Positions 22,765-31,587 of a stretch of 64,000 nucleotides of DNA are shown in pieces. The position numbers and the translations under genes are program-made. Under the pieces are notes generated by a model, which made no database searches, was not told where the DNA came from, and saw only the letters and a program-made list of their open reading frames with translations. This DNA comes from a virus (lineage: Duplodnaviria > Heunggongvirae > Uroviricota > Caudoviricetes): IMG/VR virus record IMGVR_UViG_3300022751_000001, positions 14,950 through 78,949 of that record. One strand, 5' to 3'. Position 1 is the stretch's first letter. The number at the start of each line of letters is the position of its first letter.

Positions 22765-23346
22765 ATGGCACCCCCAAAGACACCTTGGTACGCAACAAGC
22801 AAAGCAATCAGCATTTTTATCGGTTTAGGAGTAGCATTTGTACTTCTCTGGATCATCATCGGTACGCTTGCTGGTTACAACAACACATACGTTAACAAAT
22901 CTGAAACTGTTGCAACTGCAAAGTCAAACATCAGTAAAGAAGAGCAACGACGTGTCGACCTGTTTAACAACCTTGTAGACGCAGTGCAAGACGCTCGTAC
23001 GTTTGAGCAAGAAACTCAGACAACTATCGCAGAAGCTCGTTCACAAGCTAACAAGGGTAATGTAGAGCAAGCAGCATTGACGCTACAAGCGGTCACAGAA
23101 GCATACCCAGAGATCAAATCGACTGAACTGTACAAGCAAACAATGCTCGAGTTCAGCGCGACCGAAAACCGTCTCGCACAGTACCGCGAACAGTACAACA
23201 GCACAGTTCAAGACTTCAACCAATACGTACAAGGGTTCCCAAACACTCTATTCTTGAGCATTCTTGGTAAAGACCTCTCACGTAAACCGCTACTCGACTA
23301 CAACGTAAACAACGCAGAAGCTCGCGACCTCTTCGACAAGCAATAA
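22765..23346 (+). CDS. lemA: LemA family membrane protein
   Basis: N-terminal TM helix then RRVDLFNNLVDAVQDARTFEQET...AYPEIKSTELYKQTMLEFSATENRLAQYREQYNSTVQDFNQYVQGFPN, matching the LemA pattern. Confidence 0.75.
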   Translation: MAPPKTPWYATSKAISIFIGLGVAFVLLWIIIGTLAGYNNTYVNKSETVATAKSNISKEEQRRVDLFNNLVDAVQDARTFEQETQTTIAEARSQANKGNVEQAALTLQAVTEAYPEIKSTELYKQTMLEFSATENRLAQYREQYNSTVQDFNQYVQGFPNTLFLSILGKDLSRKPLLDYNVNNAEARDLFDKQ

Positions 23347-23347
23347 T

Positions 23348-23590
23348 ATGTCAGAACACACAGAAGCTAAACCTGTCTATATGCACGATTGCCCTGCACT
23401 GGGCAAGAACACTAAGATTATCGAATCTACTATGTTAAGTGACGGTGACGACAAGGTGCTTCTGTACCGACAAAACAAGTGCCCATTCTGCTCGAAAACT
23501 GCTGGTGAAAAACGATACGGGCGTGGTGTCATACCGCTCGCTGACGGTGGTTATTCAGTAGATATGGGACTGGCTGAGAAGTTTGAATGA
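23348..23590 (+). CDS. hypothetical small zinc-ribbon protein
   Basis: 80 aa; HDCPALG...CPFCSK. Confidence 0.45.
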   Translation: MSEHTEAKPVYMHDCPALGKNTKIIESTMLSDGDDKVLLYRQNKCPFCSKTAGEKRYGRGVIPLADGGYSVDMGLAEKFE

Positions 23591-24333
23591 ACGACTTAAA
23601 GCGAATACTCATTATCTTCATTGGTGCGGCAGTGTTGATTGGTCTAGGCTTATGGATCAAAGATTTCGCAGACACAGAGGGTTGGAAAACCGCGTATAAA
23701 TACAATATCGCAATACCCGCAGAGAAGCAGGACGAGTTCAACTACGACGTTGACTCACACCAAGGGCTCGTGCTATCTCGCGGTGAGTTCGTTACTAAAA
23801 ACGGTATCAAGTTCGACGATCAAAAAGAAACGTTCACATACGTAGAGGAGGTACATGAACGCTACACTCGACACACACAGACATATTCTTGCGGTTCTAG
23901 CAAACACCCACGTACTTGTACTCGTACCTACTACAGCTGGGACAGAGTGGGGAGCGAAGAAAAGTATGCTGATAAAATCACCTACTTTGGGCGAGACTAC
24001 AGCGCGAATAACTTCAATATCGGTAACTTCGTCGAACGAGTTGAAGGGTATCACCGTAAAGACTTTAGTGACAGATACTATTACAATATAGTACCGCTCA
24101 AGTTCACCGCGTCATTCTTGACGAACACCTCAGAGGGGCGACTTGATTCTGCATTTGGTGGTCAGGTGAAACTCGAAACAGTCTCTATTGAACAGCTAAG
24201 AAAAGACTCGCTAAGCTACAAGCTGGTGAATAATATCATCGTGACAATCGTATCAATTATCATTCTCATCGGTGCGTGTATCGGTGCGTGGTCTTGGGTA
24301 TGGGCAGACGGTAAGTGGAGTATGAAGCACTAG
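23587..24333 (+). CDS. membrane protein (N- and C-terminal TM helices)
   Basis: 248 aa; ATGA overlap with the upstream gene; hydrophobic termini (ILIIFIGAAVLIGLGLW... and IIVTIVSIIILIGACIGAWSWVW). Confidence 0.5.
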   Translation: MNDLKRILIIFIGAAVLIGLGLWIKDFADTEGWKTAYKYNIAIPAEKQDEFNYDVDSHQGLVLSRGEFVTKNGIKFDDQKETFTYVEEVHERYTRHTQTYSCGSSKHPRTCTRTYYSWDRVGSEEKYADKITYFGRDYSANNFNIGNFVERVEGYHRKDFSDRYYYNIVPLKFTASFLTNTSEGRLDSAFGGQVKLETVSIEQLRKDSLSYKLVNNIIVTIVSIIILIGACIGAWSWVWADGKWSMKH

Positions 24334-24641
24334 AGGGAGTCGGTATCAAGTGAGTTGACTTGGTACTGCATATAATAGTCGACAACATCATCGTCAGGGT
24401 ACTTAGCCCAGACGGTAGTGAAATCATTGTCATCGAGTATAGACATAAGTTCTGGCTGGTTGAATAGCATTATAGCCTTCATCGCTGTTTGACCCATAGC
24501 TTCACGAGTATGCACCACGTGGTTCATTGTCTCGTATTCTTCAGAGTAGAGGCGAACGACCGTATTGTCGCGGTCAAGTTCGTAGTCTTCGTTCCCTGTG
24601 TGAATTTCGATTACTGGGCTTTCTTCTCTAGGTATCAGCAT
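24330..24641 (-). CDS. hypothetical protein
   Basis: 103 aa acidic. Confidence 0.45.
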   Translation of the reverse strand: MLIPREESPVIEIHTGNEDYELDRDNTVVRLYSEEYETMNHVVHTREAMGQTAMKAIMLFNQPELMSILDDNDFTTVWAKYPDDDVVDYYMQYQVNSLDTDSL

Positions 24642-24822
24642 GTTCGTTCTCCACTGTCAGCTGTGTGCTGTATTCAATTTCGTCTCTCAGAGCTGCGATT
24701 GCGAGTGAGCGGGTAAGCTCGCCACGATCAACCATTCGCATGTAGTCTTCAAACCGCTTTAATCTATAGAGCTTAATCTCTTCTTCGATTTTGCGGGGTG
24801 ACTTCCATTCTTTCTCTGTCAT
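24628..24822 (-). CDS. hypothetical protein
   Basis: 64 aa. Confidence 0.4.
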   Translation of the reverse strand: MTEKEWKSPRKIEEEIKLYRLKRFEDYMRMVDRGELTRSLAIAALRDEIEYSTQLTVENEHADT

Positions 24823-24831
24823 CTAACCTGA

Positions 24832-25158
24832 TTATAGCTGAATACCATTATCTTTACGGTTGTGGCACCTTCGACACAGCCACTGCAGGTTGCTTTGAAC
24901 ATATCGCAGGTCAGGGCGAACGCTGCGTTTAATAATATGGTCGACATCGGTTGCGGGGTTACCGCAGAACGAACACTTCGCATCGGGGTTATTAGCCACA
25001 AAGATTTTGCGAGCTTCTTGCCATAAGTCATAGTGCTTACCGCGTTGCTTGATTGCTTTACGCGGTTTTGCTTCTACCTCTTTGCGGGGTCGTTGCGAGC
25101 ATTGGAACGAGTAGTGCTTGTCAACCGCTTTGCAGTATTTGCAGACGGTCGCTTTCAC
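24832..25158 (-). CDS. HNH endonuclease
   Basis: CSFCGNPATDVDHIIKRSVRPDLRYVQSNLQWLCRRCHNRKDN; extra Cys pairs at the N-terminus. Confidence 0.7.
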   Translation of the reverse strand: MKATVCKYCKAVDKHYSFQCSQRPRKEVEAKPRKAIKQRGKHYDLWQEARKIFVANNPDAKCSFCGNPATDVDHIIKRSVRPDLRYVQSNLQWLCRRCHNRKDNGIQL

Positions 25159-25748
25159 TATTTGACCCTGACGCTAATACCGCTGTACTGGTCGAGAACG
25201 TCTCGAATGCTGTCGTTGATCTCAAGGATTGTCTCTTCGTCAGCAGCCTTGATTGTGAGTGAGTATGTCTTTTCTTTCTCATCAACCATACTTGAGAGAG
25301 CTTCGTCTTCTTCTTCGTTAACGTCCACGAACGCTTCATTTGCAAGTGTATAATCAAGTGCGTCAAAGTGTATGTTCGAAATATCCAAGTGTTCAAGGCC
25401 TACTACGAAGTCATTGAAGCCATCTTCTGTGATGACACCGTACTGTGACGAGATGAACAAAATCTTGCGACGAGCTTCATCGTAGTCTTCAGCTTCTACA
25501 GCCACGTATGGGACTTCAACGTCCCAGCCTTCTTTTTCCATGACCTTTTGACGTGAGTGACCGTCGAGCAGATATGTGTCACCATCGTGCTGCCAGACGA
25601 AGATAGGCAGGTAGAACCCGTCGTCAATGATTGACTGTTTGAGCTTGTCGTAGTTCTCTTGCGTGAGCACTTTCAATTCACCTTGTACGGGTATAGCTTC
25701 ACTGATTTTTACTAGTGGTAGGTTGGTCGGGTTGTGTACTTTAATCAT
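25158..25748 (-). CDS. ParB-like nuclease domain protein
   Basis: ...YLLDGHSRQKVM... (DGHxR ParB motif); TAATG-type overlap with the HNH gene. Confidence 0.55.
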   Translation of the reverse strand: MIKVHNPTNLPLVKISEAIPVQGELKVLTQENYDKLKQSIIDDGFYLPIFVWQHDGDTYLLDGHSRQKVMEKEGWDVEVPYVAVEAEDYDEARRKILFISSQYGVITEDGFNDFVVGLEHLDISNIHFDALDYTLANEAFVDVNEEEDEALSSMVDEKEKTYSLTIKAADEETILEINDSIRDVLDQYSGISVRVK

Positions 25749-25758
25749 AATTTGTCTC

Positions 25759-26907
25759 CTAGTTTACTTTGACCACCATTGAAAAACGGGGGCCGAGGTT
25801 TGTTGGGTTGCAGACAGCCATCTCGTTAATGACATCGACTGCGTACACCTTTCCTGTGTATTTCTTTTTGATAATGTCCTCTACCTTTATTCTAGCGAAC
25901 TTTGGACGATTAACCACCAATTGCGTTGAGTAGCTTGTTGTAGTTATAGTTGTTGGGTAGCCAATCTTAAAGAAAAGGTCTGCGAGCTGTTCTGCTTGTT
26001 CAACATTGCTGACTGTGAAGTCGAGCGGGGGACCTTTTGAGGGAATACCATTGTCGAAGTCCCACTCGGGTTTCTTGATGCGGAGTATCTCCTCGATGAA
26101 CGCATACACCGCGTCGGGTGAGGTTGAGCGCATAATCACATTTGGTATTGTTCGCTGAGATATACGCTTACCGATGAACCGTCTGAGTGAACGTGCCGCA
26201 CCTGCACCACTACGAAGAATTACCAGTCGTTCGAGGTGACCATTTCTTACAGCACTTGAAGTTCGATATGCGATTCGGTTTCGATCAAGCAAATCCATAA
26301 GACGCGTCGGGTCATCTTTCTCTCGTACCCTGAACATAGTGTAGGTAGAACGGCTGGTGTCGTCACTTTTAATTGTGCCCCTTAGCACCGCGTACGCGAG
26401 AAGTCTGAAGTATTCTGACTCGCTCATATCCACTGAACCATTCTTGATGAGACCCGCTTGGTGACGCTTATCTTTCATCGTGAACTGCAGAGGGCTTTTG
26501 ACAATCGCTTGCACATTCTTCTTGATGTCTTTGAGCTTGATGGTGTCGATTTGCTCGACCGCTATTCGGTTGCCAGTAAGAACGCTCTTGCGAAACAGCG
26601 TCTTTCTAATCGGTATGGTGCTATCTTCGGTGAGCGAGAAGTGACTAATAATACCACCCTGTCGCTTGAAGATATGCACATGTTCATAAATGTATCCGTC
26701 ATAATCGTACTCTGTAATGTTGAGTACTGGCGAGAATATACCGTGACCCGCGAAGTTGGTCGTTAAAACCTCGTCACCTACATTTAATTCGGTGACGTTT
26801 TTCCAACCGTTGACGGTTAACAGGTTATTTGAAGGGGTGAGCATACTACCACCTAATATACGCGCCAACAGGCTTTGGTTTAAACGCGTTGTAAGCCATG
26901 TTAGCAA
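25759..26907 (-). CDS. Hint-domain (intein-like / BIL-like) protein, possibly with a homing-endonuclease region
   Basis: SMLTPSNNLLTVNGWKNVTELNVGDEVLT matches intein N-terminal block A but with Met in place of Cys1; C-terminal ...KVYAVDVINEMAVCN resembles intein block G with a terminal Asn; 62-nt out-of-frame overlap with terL. Confidence 0.5.
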   Translation of the reverse strand: MLTWLTTRLNQSLLARILGGSMLTPSNNLLTVNGWKNVTELNVGDEVLTTNFAGHGIFSPVLNITEYDYDGYIYEHVHIFKRQGGIISHFSLTEDSTIPIRKTLFRKSVLTGNRIAVEQIDTIKLKDIKKNVQAIVKSPLQFTMKDKRHQAGLIKNGSVDMSESEYFRLLAYAVLRGTIKSDDTSRSTYTMFRVREKDDPTRLMDLLDRNRIAYRTSSAVRNGHLERLVILRSGAGAARSLRRFIGKRISQRTIPNVIMRSTSPDAVYAFIEEILRIKKPEWDFDNGIPSKGPPLDFTVSNVEQAEQLADLFFKIGYPTTITTTSYSTQLVVNRPKFARIKVEDIIKKKYTGKVYAVDVINEMAVCNPTNLGPRFSMVVKVN

Positions 26908-28252
26908 TCATCATCGCGTCAGCCCAGTCAGGTGACCGACCGATTTTCTTGCGAAGTACGCTTTTCTTGACCACTCGAGTTTTACCTGTGTCGAGGTCGT
27001 AGGTGTGGGCAATAAGTTCTTTCTTAATTTCTGATACGTTGAAGTCTTTTGCACCCTCAAGCAATTTCATACGGCCAGAGTCTAGGTCGAGCATAAGGTT
27101 ATAGAAGCCGTCTGAGCGGGTTTGTTGGGTCGCAATGTATACATTTACCTTCCAGCCCTTAGAACGCAAGGCATCGCGTGCTGAAGCCCCCACACCGTTA
27201 CCCTCAATCGTGATGTACTTAGCAACTGCAGGAGTGAACCCATTCTTGAGTGCGAAGTCGATAAGTTTCTCTGCGATAGCGTGACCGATTGCTTGGTCGC
27301 TGCCCTTTGGTGATTTGATTTCAATAGCTTTGACCGCGACACCATTTTCAACGAGTACAGCGATGGTTGCGTCCTTACCGCTGTCTGAAAGGTCGACACC
27401 GATTGCTTTGTTGAACTTGTCGTCTACTGGCTCGTCTAAATCAGCTTCGAATGTCGTAGCTTTGTCGAGTAGCTTCATCGGGAACAACGAGTCATCGTCA
27501 TCAAGGTAATTCCAGTCACCGTCAAGCAAACGCTTGCGTTCTTGTGGTGGTAGCTTCTTCAAGTTTTCGATGTAGTTCGGGTCGATGAACGGGTTAGATG
27601 TTACGGTTGCACGAATATACACGTCGTAAGCTGGCACCTTTGTACCGTCTACCCACACTTCACCGTTCTCCCACTTTTGAACTGGTCCCATGCCACGCTT
27701 TTCATAAGGGTCGTAGAACTCTTGTCGCAACCAGTTAGTTGAAGGGTTACACGCGAGCAGTGTTGTACCGACTAGACCAAACTCGCGATTCATCCATCGT
27801 CCTACACGTGAAGAAAGCACGTCAACCGCGCGCTTATCTGTTTCACCTGCTTCGTCAACGAGTGCAATAGTCAATTCAAGTGAACCGAGACTTTCGAAGT
27901 CAGGGTCTGATGGCTTCGCAGTTAGATCAAGAAACTGAACTCGCGAACCGTTGCGGTATTCGAGAAAGTTTTCACGACCGTTAATAACGTAGTCGTCTTG
28001 GGTGATACCGAGTGCGGGGTGTACTTTTGAGAGCAATGTAGAGAGTGTTGTTTGTCGCAAGCTCATCAACTCTTTTCGAGCGAGACCAATACGTATACCA
28101 GCGTACTTTCTAGACATTAGCGCAACAATAAGACATATAAAGAATGACTTACCACCACCCGCACCACCACCATAAAGAATACGGGTACTTTGCGGGTTTA
28201 AGAACTCGTTATAAGCGAGCAACTGCGCGTCTGAAAATACGACATCTGCCAT
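26846..28252 (-). CDS. terL: terminase large subunit
   Basis: Walker A GGGAGGGKS, LLACNPSTNW, Walker B-like LVDEAGE, C-terminal nuclease region; 468 aa, apparently complete. Confidence 0.85.
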   Translation of the reverse strand: MADVVFSDAQLLAYNEFLNPQSTRILYGGGAGGGKSFFICLIVALMSRKYAGIRIGLARKELMSLRQTTLSTLLSKVHPALGITQDDYVINGRENFLEYRNGSRVQFLDLTAKPSDPDFESLGSLELTIALVDEAGETDKRAVDVLSSRVGRWMNREFGLVGTTLLACNPSTNWLRQEFYDPYEKRGMGPVQKWENGEVWVDGTKVPAYDVYIRATVTSNPFIDPNYIENLKKLPPQERKRLLDGDWNYLDDDDSLFPMKLLDKATTFEADLDEPVDDKFNKAIGVDLSDSGKDATIAVLVENGVAVKAIEIKSPKGSDQAIGHAIAEKLIDFALKNGFTPAVAKYITIEGNGVGASARDALRSKGWKVNVYIATQQTRSDGFYNLMLDLDSGRMKLLEGAKDFNVSEIKKELIAHTYDLDTGKTRVVKKSVLRKKIGRSPDWADAMMIANMAYNAFKPKPVGAYIRW

Positions 28253-28827
28253 TAAGATTCATCGACTTCTGCATCGAGTTCGGTGCCTAGGTGTTCTTCA
28301 ATCATTTCAGAAGCATTTGATTCGATGTACTTCGGTTCTTCGCCCTGTAGCTCCTCAACAGTGTATGTTGGGTTGACCACACGAATCGTGAAGTCTGGCT
28401 TACCGAAGAATGAATCGTCTTCAGCTTCGACGGTTACCTTTTCACCGAACCCAGTCTTGCGAACCCAGTCAGCAGCTTTGAGGTTACCTGACATCGCCAT
28501 AGTAATCATACTGGTTGTCATAATATATGCGGCATTCTTAACAGGTAGACCTTGCCACCAGTCAGGTTGGTTACGGATCACCTTGTCAATCCACTCAGGG
28601 TCAGCAAGCACTTCTTGCACGATTTTTGAGAGGTTTTTCACAGATGGTTTACGTTGCACAACGTCACCGTCTTTTGTTAGCTGATAGTCTGACGGGTCCA
28701 TGCCCGCAGCTTCCATAAGTTCTTTCTTTTCTTTTGCAATTTCGCGACCACGTTCAAGTTGAGCGATGAGTCGGGCTCGTCGTTCTTCAGGGGTCTCTTT
28801 TGGTTTTTGGTCGGGTTGATTATTCAT
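28252..28827 (-). CDS. putative terminase small subunit
   Basis: 191 aa; charged N-terminus; directly upstream of terL with ATGA overlap. Confidence 0.5.
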   Translation of the reverse strand: MNNQPDQKPKETPEERRARLIAQLERGREIAKEKKELMEAAGMDPSDYQLTKDGDVVQRKPSVKNLSKIVQEVLADPEWIDKVIRNQPDWWQGLPVKNAAYIMTTSMITMAMSGNLKAADWVRKTGFGEKVTVEAEDDSFFGKPDFTIRVVNPTYTVEELQGEEPKYIESNASEMIEEHLGTELDAEVDES

Positions 28828-28841
28828 AGTTCTATTACCTA

Positions 28842-29756
28842 TTATACTTTCTTATGCTCTTCTCGAAGGATAAGAGGTGCAGTGTTACGCCAGTTAATAC
28901 GGTGGTGAATGCGAAACGCGTTATTGTCTTTTTCTTTACCCGCGCCCTTGATCGCAGATGTGTTGTAAAGAACCGAGAACTTTGCACCTGACGGGTGGGT
29001 GATAATTGTGTACGCGGTCTTGGTATAGGTACCGAGCGATTTGTACATCTCAGACATACCGCCAGTGTTTGTTTGGGTAGTCTTCTGGTTGAGTGCGATG
29101 AACGCTGTCGTTAAGAACAAGAACCCTTGGTGTGCGAGTGACGTGTAGGTGTTTACGTCTTCGTTAATACGACCGACAAAGTTGAAACGTCTGTCAGTTG
29201 AGCAAATGAAGCTATTCATCACCTTGCGTCTGAATTGGTCGCTTACCATCTTCGAACCGCCACCACCGATGTAGTCACCAGACTGCGCCATGCAGAGTGA
29301 ATACATCAGGGGAACCGATATGAAGTATTCGAGCATTATGTCAAAGACCTTATCGAGCGTCTGTTCTTCGGGTAGCGGGGATAGCATAAGCGAAGAGTAT
29401 TCGATGTTTTCGTTCATTCGCCACCTGAAACTGTCGTAGTCATCATCAAGCTGGATAAAATACTTATACCCTAGCTTTTCAGCAATATCGAACGAAGCGT
29501 TGCGAGCGTAAAAGATAGTGCGACGTTCACCTGAGTTGTCTACCTCATCAAACCGCTCTGCGATTTCATTCTTACTAAACGTGACGATTTTGTCATCACC
29601 CCATACTCTACGGTACTCGGGTAATGTTGCGTCTTCATCGTCCACAACGAGCTTCCAATCACCTGTATAACCGTGACGCTTGAGCGTGTTTACGGTAACT
29701 TGGTTATTCGGTCGCCCGTGCGTCAATATCAGTGCTACGAAGTTTTTGTTTTCCAT
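28842..29756 (-). CDS. hypothetical protein, possible GT-A-like nucleotide-sugar transferase
   Basis: 304 aa; ALILTHGRP...VVDDED...QLDDDYD (DxD-like motifs); weak. Confidence 0.35.
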   Translation of the reverse strand: MENKNFVALILTHGRPNNQVTVNTLKRHGYTGDWKLVVDDEDATLPEYRRVWGDDKIVTFSKNEIAERFDEVDNSGERRTIFYARNASFDIAEKLGYKYFIQLDDDYDSFRWRMNENIEYSSLMLSPLPEEQTLDKVFDIMLEYFISVPLMYSLCMAQSGDYIGGGGSKMVSDQFRRKVMNSFICSTDRRFNFVGRINEDVNTYTSLAHQGFLFLTTAFIALNQKTTQTNTGGMSEMYKSLGTYTKTAYTIITHPSGAKFSVLYNTSAIKGAGKEKDNNAFRIHHRINWRNTAPLILREEHKKV

Positions 29757-30174
29757 GTATTTCTTTGTCGTAATTTGTTTGTTTTGATCGTACGCTCATA
29801 AGGCGTTTATTCATTTGAACGTAGCCCTCTTCGATTGCTTTGTCAAAGTCAATAATCACGAGGTGTGACGCTTCAAATAGTTCTTGTACTTCTTTAGGTG
29901 CGTGAGCGTAGTATTCAGCGATTTTTCTATAGTCATAGACATAGTGTCGGGTCGCAGCTTTGCGAAGGAACACTTGAATCTCAGATGGTATATTTGATCC
30001 GCGAATACGCTCATTTAGGTCACGTACTTTTTTGTCGTCGACCAGTTCGTCGATGTCTGGCTTATCGCCAGTTGGCGTATAAATCGGGGTTTTTATTTTG
30101 TCGCTGTATATCTCACTCATTCTGTATATTATTGTACTGGAAAATGCTATACTGACTTTCAAATGGCAGAGCAT
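29704..30174 (-). CDS. hypothetical protein
   Basis: 156-aa ORF; the more likely start is the internal MSEIYSDK ATG (~30120). Confidence 0.4.
   Translation of the reverse strand: MLCHLKVSIAFSSTIIYRMSEIYSDKIKTPIYTPTGDKPDIDELVDDKKVRDLNERIRGSNIPSEIQVFLRKAATRHYVYDYRKIAEYYAHAPKEVQELFEASHLVIIDFDKAIEEGYVQMNKRLMSVRSKQTNYDKEIHGKQKLRSTDIDARATE
30145..30153 (+). promoter_or_regulatory. extended -10 promoter (TGcTATACT)
   Basis: tgctatact upstream of the 30163 start, in a divergent intergenic region. Confidence 0.35.
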
Positions 30175-30333
30175 TTAGACAACGTAAGGTACCTACCCGT
30201 GCCGAAAGAGTTGACACCGCAGCAACGCGAACATTGGGAATACCAACTCGAGGTTGCAGAACGCGCAAGAGAATATGCGCTACGAATGCTGGGTCGTCTT
30301 GGGGTAGAAAAAGGATTGAATGAAGACTGACGA
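30163..30333 (+). CDS. hypothetical small protein
   Basis: 56 aa (MAEHLDNVRYLPVPKELTPQQREHWEYQLEVAERAREYALRMLGRLGVEKGLNED). Confidence 0.3.
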
Positions 30334-30523
30334 AGACATCTTAAAGGGTAAAGACCATGAACACGAATACTACGCGTCACAATGCGAAGAGGGTTGTGGT
30401 TGCGATTATTTGCATTTGGGTTGCAAAGACACTGACTGCACATTTTACGCAATTGCTGACGGGTGGAAAGACTGCAACGTCGACTGGGAATACCGTATCA
30501 AGGAGCTGAAAAATGAATCGTGA
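30320..30523 (+). CDS. hypothetical Cys-rich small protein
   Basis: 67 aa with 7 Cys and several His. Confidence 0.4.
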   Translation: MKTDEDILKGKDHEHEYYASQCEEGCGCDYLHLGCKDTDCTFYAIADGWKDCNVDWEYRIKELKNES

Positions 30524-30839
30524 AGAAAAGCTGAATAAGTACCAACGCGAACACACCTTATTATTAAATGAAATCAAAGAACTGCAAGAGCAAAAGAAGC
30601 CCATCGAAAACCGCTTACGCAAACTGAACTCACGTCGGCACCGAGTCGGTATGGCTATCTACGACTTGAAGCACGATGGTATGGTGCCAGAGGTGACTGA
30701 CCACGCAATTGTTCGTTATTTGCAGCGCGTGGAAGGGTATGATATAAATGACTTAAAGCTAAAGGTATCGCAATCGAAGCAAGCGATAAAAGTGGGCAAC
30801 GTAATCGTAACCGTTAATGAGGACCGAGAAGATGACTGA
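30513..30839 (+). CDS. hypothetical protein
   Basis: 108 aa, coiled-coil N-terminus. Confidence 0.45.
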   Translation: MNREEKLNKYQREHTLLLNEIKELQEQKKPIENRLRKLNSRRHRVGMAIYDLKHDGMVPEVTDHAIVRYLQRVEGYDINDLKLKVSQSKQAIKVGNVIVTVNEDREDD

Positions 30840-31119
30840 TAAAGACATACGACTCCTGAAGAAGATTCGTCAACACTTACACGACCTGCACGTTGAATGG
30901 GAGAACGACCCAGAGACAGACGGTCACTGCAAAAGTACCGAGGGATATGTCGGGCTTATGCTGAGTTACCCTAACTGGTTCGAGACCGATGACTACTTAA
31001 ATGCAAAGCCCGAAGTTGGCTGTGAGGTTTACTCCTACCTGTTTGGGCCGCACCGTTTGCACCAATACAACACTATGGAAGAAGCATGGGCTGCAGTTAA
31101 AACCTGGACGTACCGCTGA
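30817..31119 (+). CDS. hypothetical protein
   Basis: 100 aa. Confidence 0.45.
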   Translation: MRTEKMTDKDIRLLKKIRQHLHDLHVEWENDPETDGHCKSTEGYVGLMLSYPNWFETDDYLNAKPEVGCEVYSYLFGPHRLHQYNTMEEAWAAVKTWTYR

Positions 31120-31418
31120 TGCACAAAAACGTACCAGACATAAATGACCTGACCGATATTATCGACAAGTTCATGCAAGACGCACACGACAACATGGCAG
31201 CTGGTCGCAACTCATTGCGTGCTGAGAAGCGAGCGATGGAAGCTGTCGTTAAAGAGCTTGCCTTTCGAGACGAGTATGCGGTTAAGACGACGATTGCGAT
31301 GTTCTTGCGTATGCAACTTGAAAGTATCAGTAAAGAAGATAAACGCATAAATGTGGACGAAGTGAAGCGTCGTGCGATAGAATACCTACAGGAGAACCGC
31401 GATGAGCAAATACGATGA
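31119..31418 (+). CDS. hypothetical protein
   Basis: 99 aa; overlapping start/stop. Confidence 0.45.
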   Translation: MHKNVPDINDLTDIIDKFMQDAHDNMAAGRNSLRAEKRAMEAVVKELAFRDEYAVKTTIAMFLRMQLESISKEDKRINVDEVKRRAIEYLQENRDEQIR

Positions 31419-31587
31419 ATTAAGGTTACAATTCCTGAAAGATCACGAGAAAGCTGACGAGATGGTTTTTAAGCTGAATGATGACTTTATCACCCCTGTT
31501 AAAGCTATTTATCTTGCACCAGACCCCGAAGTAGATTATGATGAGCTTGACAAACTAATAGAAGAAGTCAATAAGGAGATTGAATAA
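31402..31587 (+). CDS. hypothetical acidic protein
   Basis: 61 aa. Confidence 0.4.
   Translation: MSKYDELRLQFLKDHEKADEMVFKLNDDFITPVKAIYLAPDPEVDYDELDKLIEEVNKEIE

Noticed and set aside
26846-28252. Possibility that the Hint-like ORF is an intein inserted in terL
   Set aside because: terL reads as complete (Walker A/B, nuclease domain, own stop) and the Hint ORF is in a different frame with only 18 aa after its terminal Asn. No split extein is apparent. The ORF is kept as free-standing, with resequencing of the junction recommended.
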